This document shows positions 53,257 through 64,000 of a DNA stretch of 64,000 nt, in pieces. The position numbers and the translations under genes were made by a program. Source of the stretch: Hyaloraphidium curvatum SAG 235-1. Lineage: Eukaryota > Fungi > Monoblepharomycota. Where the stretch lies: positions 186,001 to 250,000 of the forward strand of contig JAIVFI010000006.1 in NCBI GenBank assembly GCA_025558095.1, given 5' to 3'. The notes beneath the pieces are model-generated. The model saw nothing but the letters and a program-made list of their open reading frames with translations. It was not told the DNA's origin and did no database searches. Every line of letters begins with the position of its first letter. Position 1 is the stretch's first letter.

Positions 53257-53514
53257 TCATCTCGGATCCTTCCAGTAGTTCCACTTCAGCTTCTCCGCAT
53301 CCCTCCCCCCGTTTGCATAGTACACCGCCATCCTGATCACGTACAGGTAGTTCTTCCCCGTCGCGTGGTCCTCGGCGGCGTTGGCAGCGCGGAGCTGCTC
53401 GAACAGGTCTTCCGGGTCCGCGCCCTCGAGCTGCTCGACGGTTTCGATGCCGATGCGGGCGAAATCTTTCTGGAAGGTCCGGCCGATGCCGGGGATGGCC
53501 TTGAGGTCCGTCAT
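53257..53514 (-). CDS. Small helix-hairpin-helix protein, Cdd1/pathogenicity-locus (mitomycin-resistance-like) bacterial family
   Basis: MTDLKAIPGIG...IGIETVEQLEGADPEDLF...YLYVIRMAVYYA...KLKWNYWKD; 85 aa, intronless. Confidence 0.75.
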   Translation of the reverse strand: MTDLKAIPGIGRTFQKDFARIGIETVEQLEGADPEDLFEQLRAANAAEDHATGKNYLYVIRMAVYYANGGRDAEKLKWNYWKDPR

Positions 53515-53879
53515 CGGTCCGCCGTCGACCGCGCGTCCCGCAGCGCGGCCTCCTTCCTCGCGGGTTCTCCTTGAAGGTGCTTTCTTTTCGTCCAAAGGTG
53601 AGCCTCCGGTCCCCTCTTTGCCGGCGTATCGGTGGGTCGTCTCGATCTCAATGAGCCGGGGGAGACGGGGCCTCCGGTCCCAGACGGGCTTGTGCGCGCG
53701 ACGCAGACGGCCCCCTCCGACGGCCTGGGTTCCGGAGTCGGTCCCCCGGGAATGTACTCTATCCGAATTGCTTTCGTAATCAGCGCCGTCCACCGTCGGT
53801 GGCCGTGCGCAGTGCCGCCCACAAGCGTCTGAAGGGACTTCCAATGTTGACTTGATTGCCTCGTTCACTCCACGCCGCC

Positions 53880-54829
53880 ATGACCATCTTCCGCCCCTGT
53901 ATCGACATCCACGCCGGCGTCGTCAAGCAGATCGTCGGCTCCTCCCTGTCCTCGGACCCCTCGGCCCTCAAGGAGAACCACGTCGCGCGGGAACCCCCCG
54001 CGCACTTTGCGACGCTGTACCGCGACAACAACCTCCGCGGGGGCCACGTGATCCGGCTATCGGCGGACGACGCGTCGGATACGGCGGCGAGGGAGGCGTT
54101 GGCGGCGTTTCCGGGCGGGCTGCAGTTCGGCGGGGGTGTGAACGCGGACAATGCGCGTTCGTGGCTGGACGCGGGGGCCGAGAAGGTCATCGTGACGAGC
54201 TGGCTCTTCCCCGGGGCGAAGTTCGACGGGGAGAGGCTGAGGAGGATGGCGGAGGTGGTGGGGAGGGAGGCGCTGGTCGTCGACGTGAGCTGCAAGCGGC
54301 GGCAACAGGGCGGGGATGGGCCGCCGAGGTGGACGGTGGCGACGAACAAGTGGCAGACGCTGGCGGACATGGACGTCGACGAGGGTTGGTTCCCGCCGGT
54401 GCGCCGTGACCGCGGCGGAAGGACCGCTGACGCGCCGTGCCGCGCAAAGAGTCGCTGGCGATGCTCGCGGAGCACTGCTCCGAGTTCCTCGTCCACGCGG
54501 CCGACGTCGAGGGCAAGCAGCAGGGCATCGACGAGGAGCTCGTGGCGTGCCTCGGGAAGTGGATCGCGGGGACAAAGGCCGGGTGCTGCTACGCCGGGGG
54601 CGGCAAGTGTGGGGTTCCCGTCGCGTGGCCGTCCGTTTGATTCTGGCTGACCACTTGATGGCGGACAGCGCTATCGGACCTGGACCTCGTCGCGCGCCTG
54701 TCCAACTGGACCGTGGACCTGACCTTCGGCTCCGCGCTGGACATCTTCGGCGGCAAGGGCGTCACCCTTGCCGACTGCGTCGAATGGAACCAGACCATCG
54801 GCGGCGCGCGCAAGTTCCGCATCCGGTAG
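53880..54829 (+). CDS. HIS6: ProFAR isomerase (histidine biosynthesis), multi-exon
   Basis: [59 protein letters not shown]. Confidence 0.93.
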
Positions 54830-54869
54830 CCCTCTCTCGTGCCATGTACCCCTGCGTGCTCCCCCGGAA

Positions 54870-56005
54870 CTACATCCTCGCCTTCCCGTGCCGCTCCGCC
54901 TCCCTCTCGAACAACGCCCCCGCGTCCTCCAGGCTCCCCACCACCAGATCGAACCCCATCTTCTCGGCATCGGCGTCGTACCCCTTTGCCCCGTCCTCGG
55001 TGGGGCGGAGGAGGTAGACCGTGCGGAGGCCGCAGGCGCGGGCGGCGTGGAGGTCCCAGCGGTCTGCCGATCGGGTTAGCAGGTGAGGTGAGGGGAGAGA
55101 TAGCGGGGCTTACGGGCGGCGACCATGGCGACCTCCTCCGGCTGCACGCCGAGCATCTTGGCCGCGCCGAGGTAGACTGCCCCCGAAAGACGCGGATCAG
55201 CGCCCCGGCCGAACCAGGGAAAAGCAGCCCACCCTTGGGATCCGGCTTGTACGACTGGTACAGCTCCCCGCTCAGCACGGCGTCGAACGCCATCCCCCCG
55301 TGCCGCGCCAGGTCGACCAGCAGCGACACGTTGCCGTTGCTCAGCGTCGCGCAGTACACCGACTTCCTCAGCACCCGCAGGCCCTCCGGGACGTCCTTCC
55401 ACGCGTCCAGGCGGTGCCACGCCAGGTTGAGCCGGACGAGCTCGGCCTCGGTCCACAGGCCGGCGAGGCGGTGCTTGAGGACGAGGGAGTCGAGGATGTC
55501 GCGGTGGGTTTCGTCGATGGTCTTGAAGGGGCGCAGGCCTTTGGCGACCTCGGCGGTCGCTGCGGTGGGGGGCCCGGGATCAGCGCGTCCGCTGTCGGGA
55601 AGGGGAAGGGAAGGTACCGCGGTAGTATTCAGCCCGCCACTCCCTCCTGCATCAGGAAAAACGTAAGCCCAAAGCGCGTTCGCGAATCTAGAAGGGGTAC
55701 CCACGTGAACGCGAGCCAGTCCACGGCGTCGGCCTCTTTCGGGCCCGTCCCGGCCTTGCGCGACGCGGCATCGCGGTCGGCCTGCTTACACTCGCGCTCC
55801 ACCGAGAGTTCCCAGTTCACCAAGGTGCCGAACACGTCGAACGTCAGGCTTTTGCAGGTTTAATGGAAACGGTGGAAAACGGGGGGAAGATTCGGGAGAC
55901 ACGGCCCGGTGAGATCCCGCTCCCCGCGGCATCGCGCGACGCCCACGCCTTGACGCCCCGCAGGGACGCCGGCAAGCGATCCGGCAGCGGCGGCGGCGGT
56001 TTCAT
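54870..56005 (-). CDS. Haloacid dehalogenase type II (HAD), multi-exon, C-terminal ARM (PTS1-like)
   Basis: FDVFGTLVNW, AWHRLDAWKDVPEGL, LSNGN, YKPDP, MVAA; the last exon ends HGKARM-stop. Confidence 0.85.
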
Positions 56006-56146
56006 CGCTCGAAGCCTCGTCCGAAAGGGGTCCGAACGCACGACGGATACGCTAGGCCACCACCAGCCCAAACAATCAACCTTTTCGGTTTCGGTCACCC
56101 GCGTTTGCCGCGACCAACCGTCGACCCGCGCCCGCACCGCAGACCG

Positions 56147-57514
56147 ATGGCGCCGCTCGCCCCCGCGCTCGCCCTCGCGGCGCTGCTGCTCGCCGCCGGC
56201 GCCTCGGCGCAGAACGCGACGACCACCGCGGCGCCGACGACCACCGCCGGGCCGGCGCCGACATCCGTGCCCGAGGTCAACGGGCTGCTCGAGTGGCCGG
56301 TCAACAAGACGCTGCTGTACAACCAGGTGCGTGGCTGACAACGGGCGCCGCGGCCGTGGGGCGCACGGGAGGAGGGCGGAAGGGAAAAGTGGGGGCGGGC
56401 GGCGGTCGGGGAACGGCACCCTGCCCCGCGCCGCCCGCGCCCCCTCCGCGCCGCCGATCGGCTTGTTCGCACTCGCGAGAGTGCCTTTGCGGGGAGCCGA
56501 GGAGGCCGCCCCGGGCGGGCGGAGCGGAAGGGGGCAGGATCACAGTCCCACCGCCGGCCCGTGATCCCGCCCCGCAGACGGCGCAGGGGCCCCGTGCACC
56601 AGCGGGACTGCCTGATTCTCGCTCTGCGGAACATCTTCGACCGATCCCGCGCGCGGATCCGCCCGCCGCTGGCCCCGGATACCCCGAACCGTCGCTAACC
56701 CGCTTCCCCCCACTTCCCTCCCTCCTCCCCCCCCTCGCCCTACCCCAACGCCCCACCCCGCCAGACCGACGACTGCGCCGCGTGGTTCGTCCGCGTCCCC
56801 AGAGGCGAGCAGCTCTCCGCCACCGTGTGCATCTCTGCCGGCTACGCCTTTGCCTGGGTGTACGACCGCGACGAGACCACCCGCGGCACCGACATCCCCA
56901 GCAACGTGACCAGCGAGAGCCTGACGTGCCTGCCGCCGAACGCCAACAAGCCGCCGCTGAACAGGGACATCCGCGGGCGGTGGGCACCGTCCCTCCGGCC
57001 GCGTGCCGGCCGCTGCTGACCCGCGCAATTCCGCGCTTGTAGCGTCTACATCCCCGACGACCCCGGGCCGACGACCCGCCAGCGCTGCTTCACCGAGCAG
57101 ATCCCCAAGGGCTCCGTGTGCCTGAGCTACGACGCGGTGTTCTACATGTACACCTCGCTCAAGTGGACCAACGACACCACGGAGAACGCGGCGGGCAGGC
57201 CGATCCCGCTGACGGACGAGTACTTCAAGGTGCCGCAGGTGCTCAACATCACGGGGAGCACCAACATCGACTGCGGGTCGTGGTGGGCATCCCCTCGCGC
57301 GCGCCGCCGTCCCCCCGCGGTGCTGATCTCTCCCGTCCGAAGGTCCGTCGTCACCACCCGCACCACCTCCGCAGCCACGGCCACAGGCACCGCGACCGGC
57401 AGCGCGACCCCCGTCAGCACCACCTCGCGGCCGAGCGGCGCGGGTGCGCTGCACGCCTGGGCGGCCTTTGTGCAGGCGGCCGTCCTGGCGGTGCTGGCCG
57501 CCATGGCGTTCTAG
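56147..57514 (+). CDS. Secreted, probably GPI-anchored protein, multi-exon
   Basis: Signal peptide MAPLAPALALAALLLAAGASA; Cys-containing core; S/T-rich stalk; PSGAG + hydrophobic tail. Confidence 0.65.
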
Positions 57515-58061
57515 GCTGGAAGTGGGGGGAGAGAGGGCGGAGGAGACGGGTGGATGGTATCTATTTAAGCTAGCCCAGCATAGTCGGATGGTGAATCGGA
57601 GCGGAGCGTCCTCCATCGCATGCCGCAGCGCCCGGCCCGCCGTCCGGCCGCGGCGCACCCCGATCCCAGCCGCACGGCGCGAAGGGCATCAACTGCTCCC
57701 GACATCACCTGCTCCGCCATCGGCGCCCCCAACGGGGACGGCGACCCGCCCGCCCGCCCAGGGCATGGCATCGCTCCCGCCCGCCATGGAGAAATCGGGG
57801 ATCGAGGGGATCGTCCGACCCGCCCGCCCGCCTGCATCGCCCGCATCCCCCCGCGCGCAAAGGGCGGCGGCCGCTCGAGGACCACGGGGCCGAGCCGGGG
57901 GGATTGCATCCACCTGCAGGCGGAGTCCCGCGTGCTGCGATGCGGGCCGGGTGGGTGCGTCACAGGGCGGGCGGACAGCGAAGGAAGGCCGGTACAAAAG
58001 CTCGGGGTCCGAGGACACACCGTGCCCTACGCCACAAACGACACCGTCGTCCAACGCAGCA

Positions 58062-58950
58062 ATGAAGCACCTCGCCGTCCTGCTCCTCGCGATCCTGGCC
58101 GCCGCGGCGGTCGCCGCCAAGTGAGCGGGCCGAGCGGGCGCCGCCGCCGCGCCGGAGCCGACCCGCCCGCCCGCCCCACCAGGCCCGTCGACCAAGCCGC
58201 CCAGGTGATCTTCAAGCGCTCGTGCTCCGAATGCCCCGCCGACACGTTCTGTGGGTTGCGATGGGCGGCGCCCGGCCGGACCGGGGGCTGACGCGTCCCG
58301 GACCTTGCACCACCCTCCCCCCTCCGCCGCCCGCCCGCCCGTCGCCCTCCTCCCGTCCCGCCAGGCGAGCTCTCCACCAAGGACCAGGTTGCTTGCACCG
58401 CCTTCGGCAAGGCCGCCCGCGAGCTGTACCGCCGCTACGACGCCCCCCCCTGCGGCGGCAGCGGCGAGGCGTGCTGCGCGGGCAGCACCTGCAACTCCAA
58501 CTTTGCGTGCGCCTCGGGGACGTGCCAGCCCTGCGGCGGGGAGGACCAGGTGGGTTGCGCGCGTGCCCCCGGAGCGGACCGACGGCCGATCCACGTCCCC
58601 GCATCGCAAGCTCTGCTGCACCGGTTCCGAGCCCCGCAAGTGCGCCACCGGAAACACCTGCTTTTCGGGGTACTGCACCAAATGCGGGACCGGCTCCTCG
58701 CCCTGGTACGTTGCCCAAAGGCCCGCGGTTCGCACCGCGCTGACGATGCACGGTCCCCGGCACGTTTGCCCGCAGCTGCGCCGAGTCCGGGGACAAGCCC
58801 TGCAACGACTACTTCAAGTGCACCGACAACGACCCCGCGCAGGGCGTGTGCATCTCCTGCGGGTCGACCTTCTCGGCGTGCTGCCCGACGGCCCCGCTGT
58901 GCATGGATTCCAACCCGTGCCAGTCGGGGCAGTGCGTGCTGCCGTCGTGA
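58062..58950 (+). CDS. Small secreted Cys-rich protein with tandem CG-x4-CC modules, multi-exon
   Basis: MKHLAVLLLAILAAAAVAAK; spliced product reads ...PPCGGSGEACCAGSTCNSNFACASGTCQPCGGEDQLCCTG...CGSTFSACCPTAPLCMDSNPCQSGQCVLPS-stop. Confidence 0.65.
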
Positions 58951-59189
58951 AGGGGCGCCGATCGGGGGGTTTGCGGGGCGATTATTCGCTTGGGAAGGGT
59001 ATCACTCCATGTAAGCTCGCAGTCGGATCGTTTGCCTCTCGTGCGCTGGCAAGTGGGTATCTATCCATGAGCAAGTTGCAGTCGGATCATAGTCATCAGT
59101 CGTCGGCGAGTCCGTCTAAGTGTCTAGCTCCAGCACCCTCGCGTCGGTTTCTCCCCGTCCTTCCCACCCCGGTCCGCCGCCGCATCCGA

Positions 59190-60110
59190 TCACGCACCGT
59201 CCCACGGCCCGGCCCGCTCGGCGTGGTAGCTCAGCACCTCCGAGTGGCGGGCGCCAAACTGCGCCCCCGCCAGCTCCTTCCCGTAAAACACCTCCCCGGC
59301 CCCGCCGGGCATGCCGACCTCCCCCGCCCTCGCCCATCCCATCTTGACCAGGAGATGCCGCTGCGCGTCGTCCTCCCCGCCCTGCGCGGCCACGGAGGCG
59401 AGCGCGAACGGGAAGCCGCGCCCGCGCATGTCGATCTCCCACGCGTCCAGGAGGCGCGCCAGCACGGCCTGCTGCGGGAACTCGGGCACGCCGAGGGCGG
59501 CGGCGAGGGTGTAGACGAAGGGGATCGAGTCGTACAGGAAGCCGAAGCGGAGGAAGCCCACGGGCTCGACGGAGAGGATGCCGTGCGTGGGGGAGGGCGT
59601 GGTGCGCGGGGGGAGGGCGGCGGGCGGGAGGTCGGCGGGGGGCGGCGGGGAGGGGTCGGTGTTGGGGGTGGCCGAGGCGAGCACGGGGGTGCGGGTCGCC
59701 GAGGGGGGCTCCGAGTCCGTGGGCGAGGCGAGGCCGTCCGCGGCGCGGGCGAGGCCCTCGACGGAGACGGAGGGCATGAAGGTCGGCGTCGGCTGGAGGA
59801 TGGGGCGCGCGGGCTCGTCCGGCGGGGGCCCGGTGGCGGCGACGGGGAGGAGGGTGAACAGGCGCGCGACGAGCACCTCGCCGGCGGCCACCTTCCGCCG
59901 CAGCACGTCCCGCGGCAGCGCGGCGTCGACCGCGGCGAGATAGTCGACGTCCGACTCCGCGGCGTCGCCCACGCGCAGCAGCTGCGTCGGCAGGCTGGTC
60001 GACACCGACGAGCCCGACCGCGGCCGCGGCGAAAAGTCGCCGCCCGCGTCGCCGTTGAGCGCGATCCGGGGCAGCGGCGGCGCGAGCGGCTCGAGCGCCA
60101 TCGGCGGCAT
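59190..60110 (-). CDS. GNAT-like acetyltransferase fold with a Pro-rich insertion
   Basis: LRRKVAAGEVLV...VGFLRFGFLYDSIPFVY...LLDAWEIDMRGRGF...AQRHLLVKMGW...EVFYGKEL. Confidence 0.6.
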   Translation of the reverse strand: MPPMALEPLAPPLPRIALNGDAGGDFSPRPRSGSSVSTSLPTQLLRVGDAAESDVDYLAAVDAALPRDVLRRKVAAGEVLVARLFTLLPVAATGPPPDEPARPILQPTPTFMPSVSVEGLARAADGLASPTDSEPPSATRTPVLASATPNTDPSPPPPADLPPAALPPRTTPSPTHGILSVEPVGFLRFGFLYDSIPFVYTLAAALGVPEFPQQAVLARLLDAWEIDMRGRGFPFALASVAAQGGEDDAQRHLLVKMGWARAGEVGMPGGAGEVFYGKELAGAQFGARHSEVLSYHAERAGPWDGA

Positions 60111-60530
60111 CGTTGCTGAGGGGCGCTGTGGAGGTGGAGAGGGGTGCGATGGTGCGAAGCGGACCGGGCAGGGGTCGGTGGCGAGGCAATATCTGATCGC
60201 GGGCGGCGGCGCCCGGATCAGAGGCACGTGCAGACGCCCCCGCCCCGCCGGAAGGGGCGCCGACCCCGGATCCCGAGTCGGATCGGCCCGTGATTCGCGC
60301 AGCTCGTGATTACCGGGGGCCGACGGGTGGCAGGTGGAATGCCAAGGCAAGCAAGGTACCACCTGATCTCCTCAATCTTCGCGGATGCCAGTTGCACCAG
60401 ATGCGGCCCCCATCTTGACCGAAACCGACCCTTCCCCTTGTCCGCAGCCCTCTTCCGACCCCCCCACCCCGCATCCCTCGCAACCCGCCTCTCCCGCCCA
60501 CCACCACGCACCTCCCCACCCCGGCCCGCC

Positions 60531-61088
60531 TCACTGCGCCCTGAACACGAACCTGAACCCCCTCTCGGTAACCTCCCACTCGACCCCCCTCACGCGCGAC
60601 ACCCCGTACACCAGCGTCCCCGCGCCCGCGAGCACCGCCAAGCCCGCGAGCGCCAGCACCGCGTTGGGCCGGTCCGCGACCAACCTGCCCAGGGCGGCCC
60701 AGAGCGCTTCGGACGGGTGGGAGGGCGCGGGGGGTTGGGAGAGGACGGAGGCGGCGGCGCGGGCGGGGGACAGGACGGCGGAGGGCCCCGCGGTCGAGCG
60801 GTGGGATGCCAGGAGGGCAAGCAGCCCGCCTCCCGCCGCCGAAACCAACCCCGCGGCGGTCCACCCCCCTCCTCCCAGTTCCCTCGTCGCGGCCTCGAGC
60901 GCGCGCTTGTCCGCCCTGAGCTCGACTTCCCGGACGCCGCACGCGCGCGCGGCTGCGATTGCACAAAGAACGTCCGACGCGGTCGGCGGGGCGGGGGAGG
61001 ACCATGCCGCCGCGGGTGGGTGGGCGGCCGTGACGGTCCAGGAGGGGCCGAGGGCGGCGGAGAGCGAGGGTGGCGGGGAAGGGGGCAT
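60531..61088 (-). CDS. Hypothetical small membrane protein
   Basis: ORF from MPPSPPPS with a hydrophobic segment VLALAGLAVLAGAGTLVYGV; no family recognised. Confidence 0.35.
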   Translation of the reverse strand: MPPSPPPSLSAALGPSWTVTAAHPPAAAWSSPAPPTASDVLCAIAAARACGVREVELRADKRALEAATRELGGGGWTAAGLVSAAGGGLLALLASHRSTAGPSAVLSPARAAASVLSQPPAPSHPSEALWAALGRLVADRPNAVLALAGLAVLAGAGTLVYGVSRVRGVEWEVTERGFRFVFRAQ

Positions 61089-61250
61089 CGCGGACCGGGA
61101 GAAACGAGGAGGCGGTGCGGGGGCGGCGGTCCCAGCCCGCGCGAATCGGGGATCCCGCCTCGGTTCCGGTGTACAGATCCGCACAGGGTCATCAGCTCCG
61201 CCGGTTTTGGCGCTGGTAAACGGGATGCGGCACTCCGGCGGCGGAATGGG

Positions 61251-63477
61251 ATGATGCGTCCCGACTATCTGGCGCGCCCCGCGCCGGACGAAGAGGCCGG
61301 CGATGACGGGCTCCCAACAAATCCTGACATTCTATCCATCTTCCATCCTGATTCCGAGGCATCTTGCTCATCCGAACGCAGTTCGTAGTTTGGGTTGGTC
61401 TTTTGCAGTGGCCCGGTCGCGCGGGAACGAGGATCAGTTAGCCTTGTCCCTGCCGAAACCGTGCGGAAAAGTCGAATCACTCCGAGTGGCGCACCCCGCA
61501 CTCCGGACTCTTTCACCTCCCCGAAAACAGGGTACTCACAGACCATTAGGCGGAAGTCGTTCGGCCTGGAATGAAGAACATGTTTGGAATCTCGTTCACC
61601 AGCACAGACTTCTGGCGCCGCAAGCTTGCGGGGAGGACCGAGCTGAAGGTCGTCGACGACGGCATCGTCGGACGGGACTTCGGCATCGGCGATGGCGGTG
61701 CCCGCGCGCTCGCAAAGGCGCTCAAGGGAAACTCCACGCTGGTTCTCCTGGACTTGTCGAAGAAGGGGCTCACCACGCACAACGACAATCCGTTCTTTGC
61801 CCTTTGCCGCACGCTCGCCCACACCATTGGGAATGAAGGTGCCGGTGCGCTTGCAGAGGCGCTGGAGGGAAACTGTACGCTCCGCTATCTGGACTTGGGC
61901 CGCAACGCCATCAACGGTTGGGGCGTTCGAGTGTTCGGAAAGGTGCTGCAAGGGAACACGGTACTGGCCAGCCTGAACCTGGAGAACAACGGCATTGGGG
62001 ACGATGGCGCTTGCTCACTGGCAGAAGGCTTGAGGGTTAATTCTACGCTGAAGCTCCTGAGGCTGACCTTCAATACCATTGGAAACATGGGGGTGCAAGC
62101 GCTGGCAGAGGCCCTGAAACACAACGTGGTGCTCAGTGATCTCAACTTACGCTGGAACAGCTTCGACGTTGAAGGTGTTCTAGCGCTGGCGGACATGCTG
62201 AGAGTGAACTCGACGCTGAGCAATCTGGACCTCAAGATCAATTCCATCGGACGTGACGGAGCTCGCGCGCTCTTGTCGGTTCTGGAGCTCAACCCTTCCG
62301 TGGAGGCGCTGGAACTGAGCTCTGGCACCGGTGATGACCTGCTCGATGATCTGGTGGTGCAGATCCGGCGGTTGGTGGTCGATCCAGGCAGGAAGGAACG
62401 TGCACTACTGGCAAGGGGACGAATGGCCGGCACCACGAACGGAACTCGTCCTGCCAGCGCTGTTGCTTCGCCAGGTTTGAACGTGCTCAATGGCCAGAAC
62501 GTGAGGAGCAGCTACGAAGTCGAACCGAAGCAACTGGTTCGGGGCGAGTTCTTGGGATCTGGAGGCTTTGGCACGGTGTTCGAAGGAACCTACCAGAAAC
62601 ATACGCGCGTCGCGCTGAAGGTGCTCAATGGATCGGACTTGGTGGGCAGTCAGCTGGAAGAAGCGGTTTCGGACTTGGAAAGGGAGATGGCTGTGTGGTC
62701 GCAGCTGCCTTACCATGCCAACGGTAGGGGACCGTACGCCGGTCTTGGTATTCAGGCAACTCGCAACCTGATGTCGCTTTTCGCAGTCTTACCGCTGATG
62801 GGGTGGTGCCGCGAGCCACTTTGCCTTGTGACTACGTTCATGGCACGTGGCACGGCCAAGAACTACCTCAAGTCGCTCCAGCCCCCGTACGAATCGCGAG
62901 CCGTGCACCGGCTGCTTTTCCAGGTTGCCCTCGGGATGAACCACCTGCACTCGAGGCCGACCCCGATCCTGCACCTCGATCTGAAGGGGGACAACATCCT
63001 CGTGGACGAGATCGGCATCGCCAAGGTCGCCGACTTTGGGCTGTCCAAGATCAGGGCCACGGCCTCGCTGCATTCCACGAATCGGGGCGGAGGAACGACT
63101 GTTTTCAAGGCGCCCGAGAGTAAGTGATCATTCCGGGACTGGTTGGATATCTGCTAACCAAGTCGCCGACGCTCGCAGCTTTTGCCAGGCCCAATCCGAA
63201 ACCAGGGACGGCCACGGACGTTTACGCCTTCGGCGTGACCATGTGGGAACTCTTCTCGCTCGGCGAGATACCACTCCTGCGCGAAGCGCGTTTGCTTGGC
63301 CCCGACGCCTTCGGCGAGCGGATAAGGACGGACCCCGGTTTCCGGCCGCAGCGGCCGTACGGCTGCCCCGATGCCACGTGGGGTCTGATGCAGAGGTGCT
63401 GGGCGATGGATGCGGCGGAGAGACCGAGATTCGAGGAAGTGGCGGACGAGCTGAAGGCGATCTTCGAAAGCCTGTAG
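61251..63477 (+). CDS. Cytosolic RI-type LRR + tyrosine-kinase-like (TKL) protein kinase, multi-exon
   Basis: 28-aa repeats IGDxGAxALAEALxxNxTLxxLxL; LGSGGFGTV, VALK, HLDLKGDNIL, DFGLS, APE, DVYAFGVTMWE, CWAMDAAERPRF. The start is uncertain. Confidence 0.88.
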
Positions 63478-63508
63478 TCAGCAAAAAAAGGGCCCAGATT
63501 CGGAAATA

Positions 63509-64000
63509 TCATTCGATCGTGCACCAGCTCTGCATGGTCGCGCGCACCCCCGCGCCCCTGAGGATCCCCACGAGCCCCACGGCGATGGTGACGAGCGTGG
63601 CCGCGATCCCCCTGACGAACCCGAACGTTACTGGGACGCCGAACAGCCTCGCCAGGTTCTCGTCCACAGCCCGCTCGAAACGTTCGAGCACGGCCACCTG
63701 CGCCGCCGCGGCCGTGGAGACGGGCAGCCGGCGGCCGGCGAACGCGAGCCGGATGTCGGCGGCCGCGCGGCCGTACAGCGCGGCGTTCCGGGCGACGATG
63801 CCATTGGCGGTGGCGAAATTGAGAAGGGCGAAGAGAAGCTCGAGGGTATGGAGGGCGAGGGAACCGATGATCCAGGCCGTTGCGCACCCGGAGCCAAACA
63901 TGAAGACGAGCAGCACCACCACCGAGAGTCCGAAAACCGCAGCGTGTGCGAGATTGTAGTCTTGCGAGGCCTTGGCTCTCGCACGCCACTTTGGCGCCAG
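63509..64000 (-). CDS. 3' end of a multi-pass membrane protein paralogous to 26..1031 (runs off the window)
   Basis: ARLFGVPVTFGFVRGIAATLVTIAVGLVGILRGAGVRATMQSWC aligns with ATFFGFPITFRVVRTLLVTTFTVAIGLWSLLRSAGLTFTIESIC. Confidence 0.6.
   Translation of the reverse strand: MAPKWRARAKASQDYNLAHAAVFGLSVVVLLVFMFGSGCATAWIIGSLALHTLELLFALLNFATANGIVARNAALYGRAAADIRLAFAGRRLPVSTAAAAQVAVLERFERAVDENLARLFGVPVTFGFVRGIAATLVTIAVGLVGILRGAGVRATMQSWCTIE

Overview
This is eukaryotic, GC-rich, gene-dense DNA with many short (~48-60 nt) GT-AG introns, so most long ORFs in the supplied track are shadow frames or unspliced fragments. A Zn(II)2Cys6 factor together with the flagellar protein CFAP100 points to a zoosporic (chytrid/monoblepharid-like) fungus; this is inference. 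About 30 host genes are recognisable, including an MFS transporter, xylulokinase, a MATE transporter, IMP dehydrogenase, Dicer, the Hv1 proton channel, a Ca-binding mitochondrial carrier, CFAP100, HIS6 and an LRR-TKL kinase. Several intronless bacterial-type genes are also present. The centrepiece is an intact 10,655-bp Ty3/Gypsy chromodomain LTR retrotransposon (21864-32518) with apparently identical 476-bp LTRs. It is organised like a complex retrovirus. It has a gag-pol -1 frameshift, a candidate central PPT, and a 2.8-kb accessory region. In that region an internal promoter, built from the same 11-bp ACTCGCGAGTC-type array plus TATA box as the LTR U3, sits between two divergent extra genes: a sense 421-aa coiled-coil ORF and a spliced antisense gene ending in a BED-like zinc finger. 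The hypothesis is an element-encoded transactivation/anti-silencing circuit. The element has inserted into, and splits, a host gene encoding a GREB1/J-base-glucosyltransferase-like (TET/JBP-associated) glycosyltransferase fused to a C-x9-C-x10-C-x2-H finger. That gene lies directly downstream of Dicer. No tRNA, rRNA or CRISPR was seen. All protein calls rest on motif recognition by eye, without database searches.
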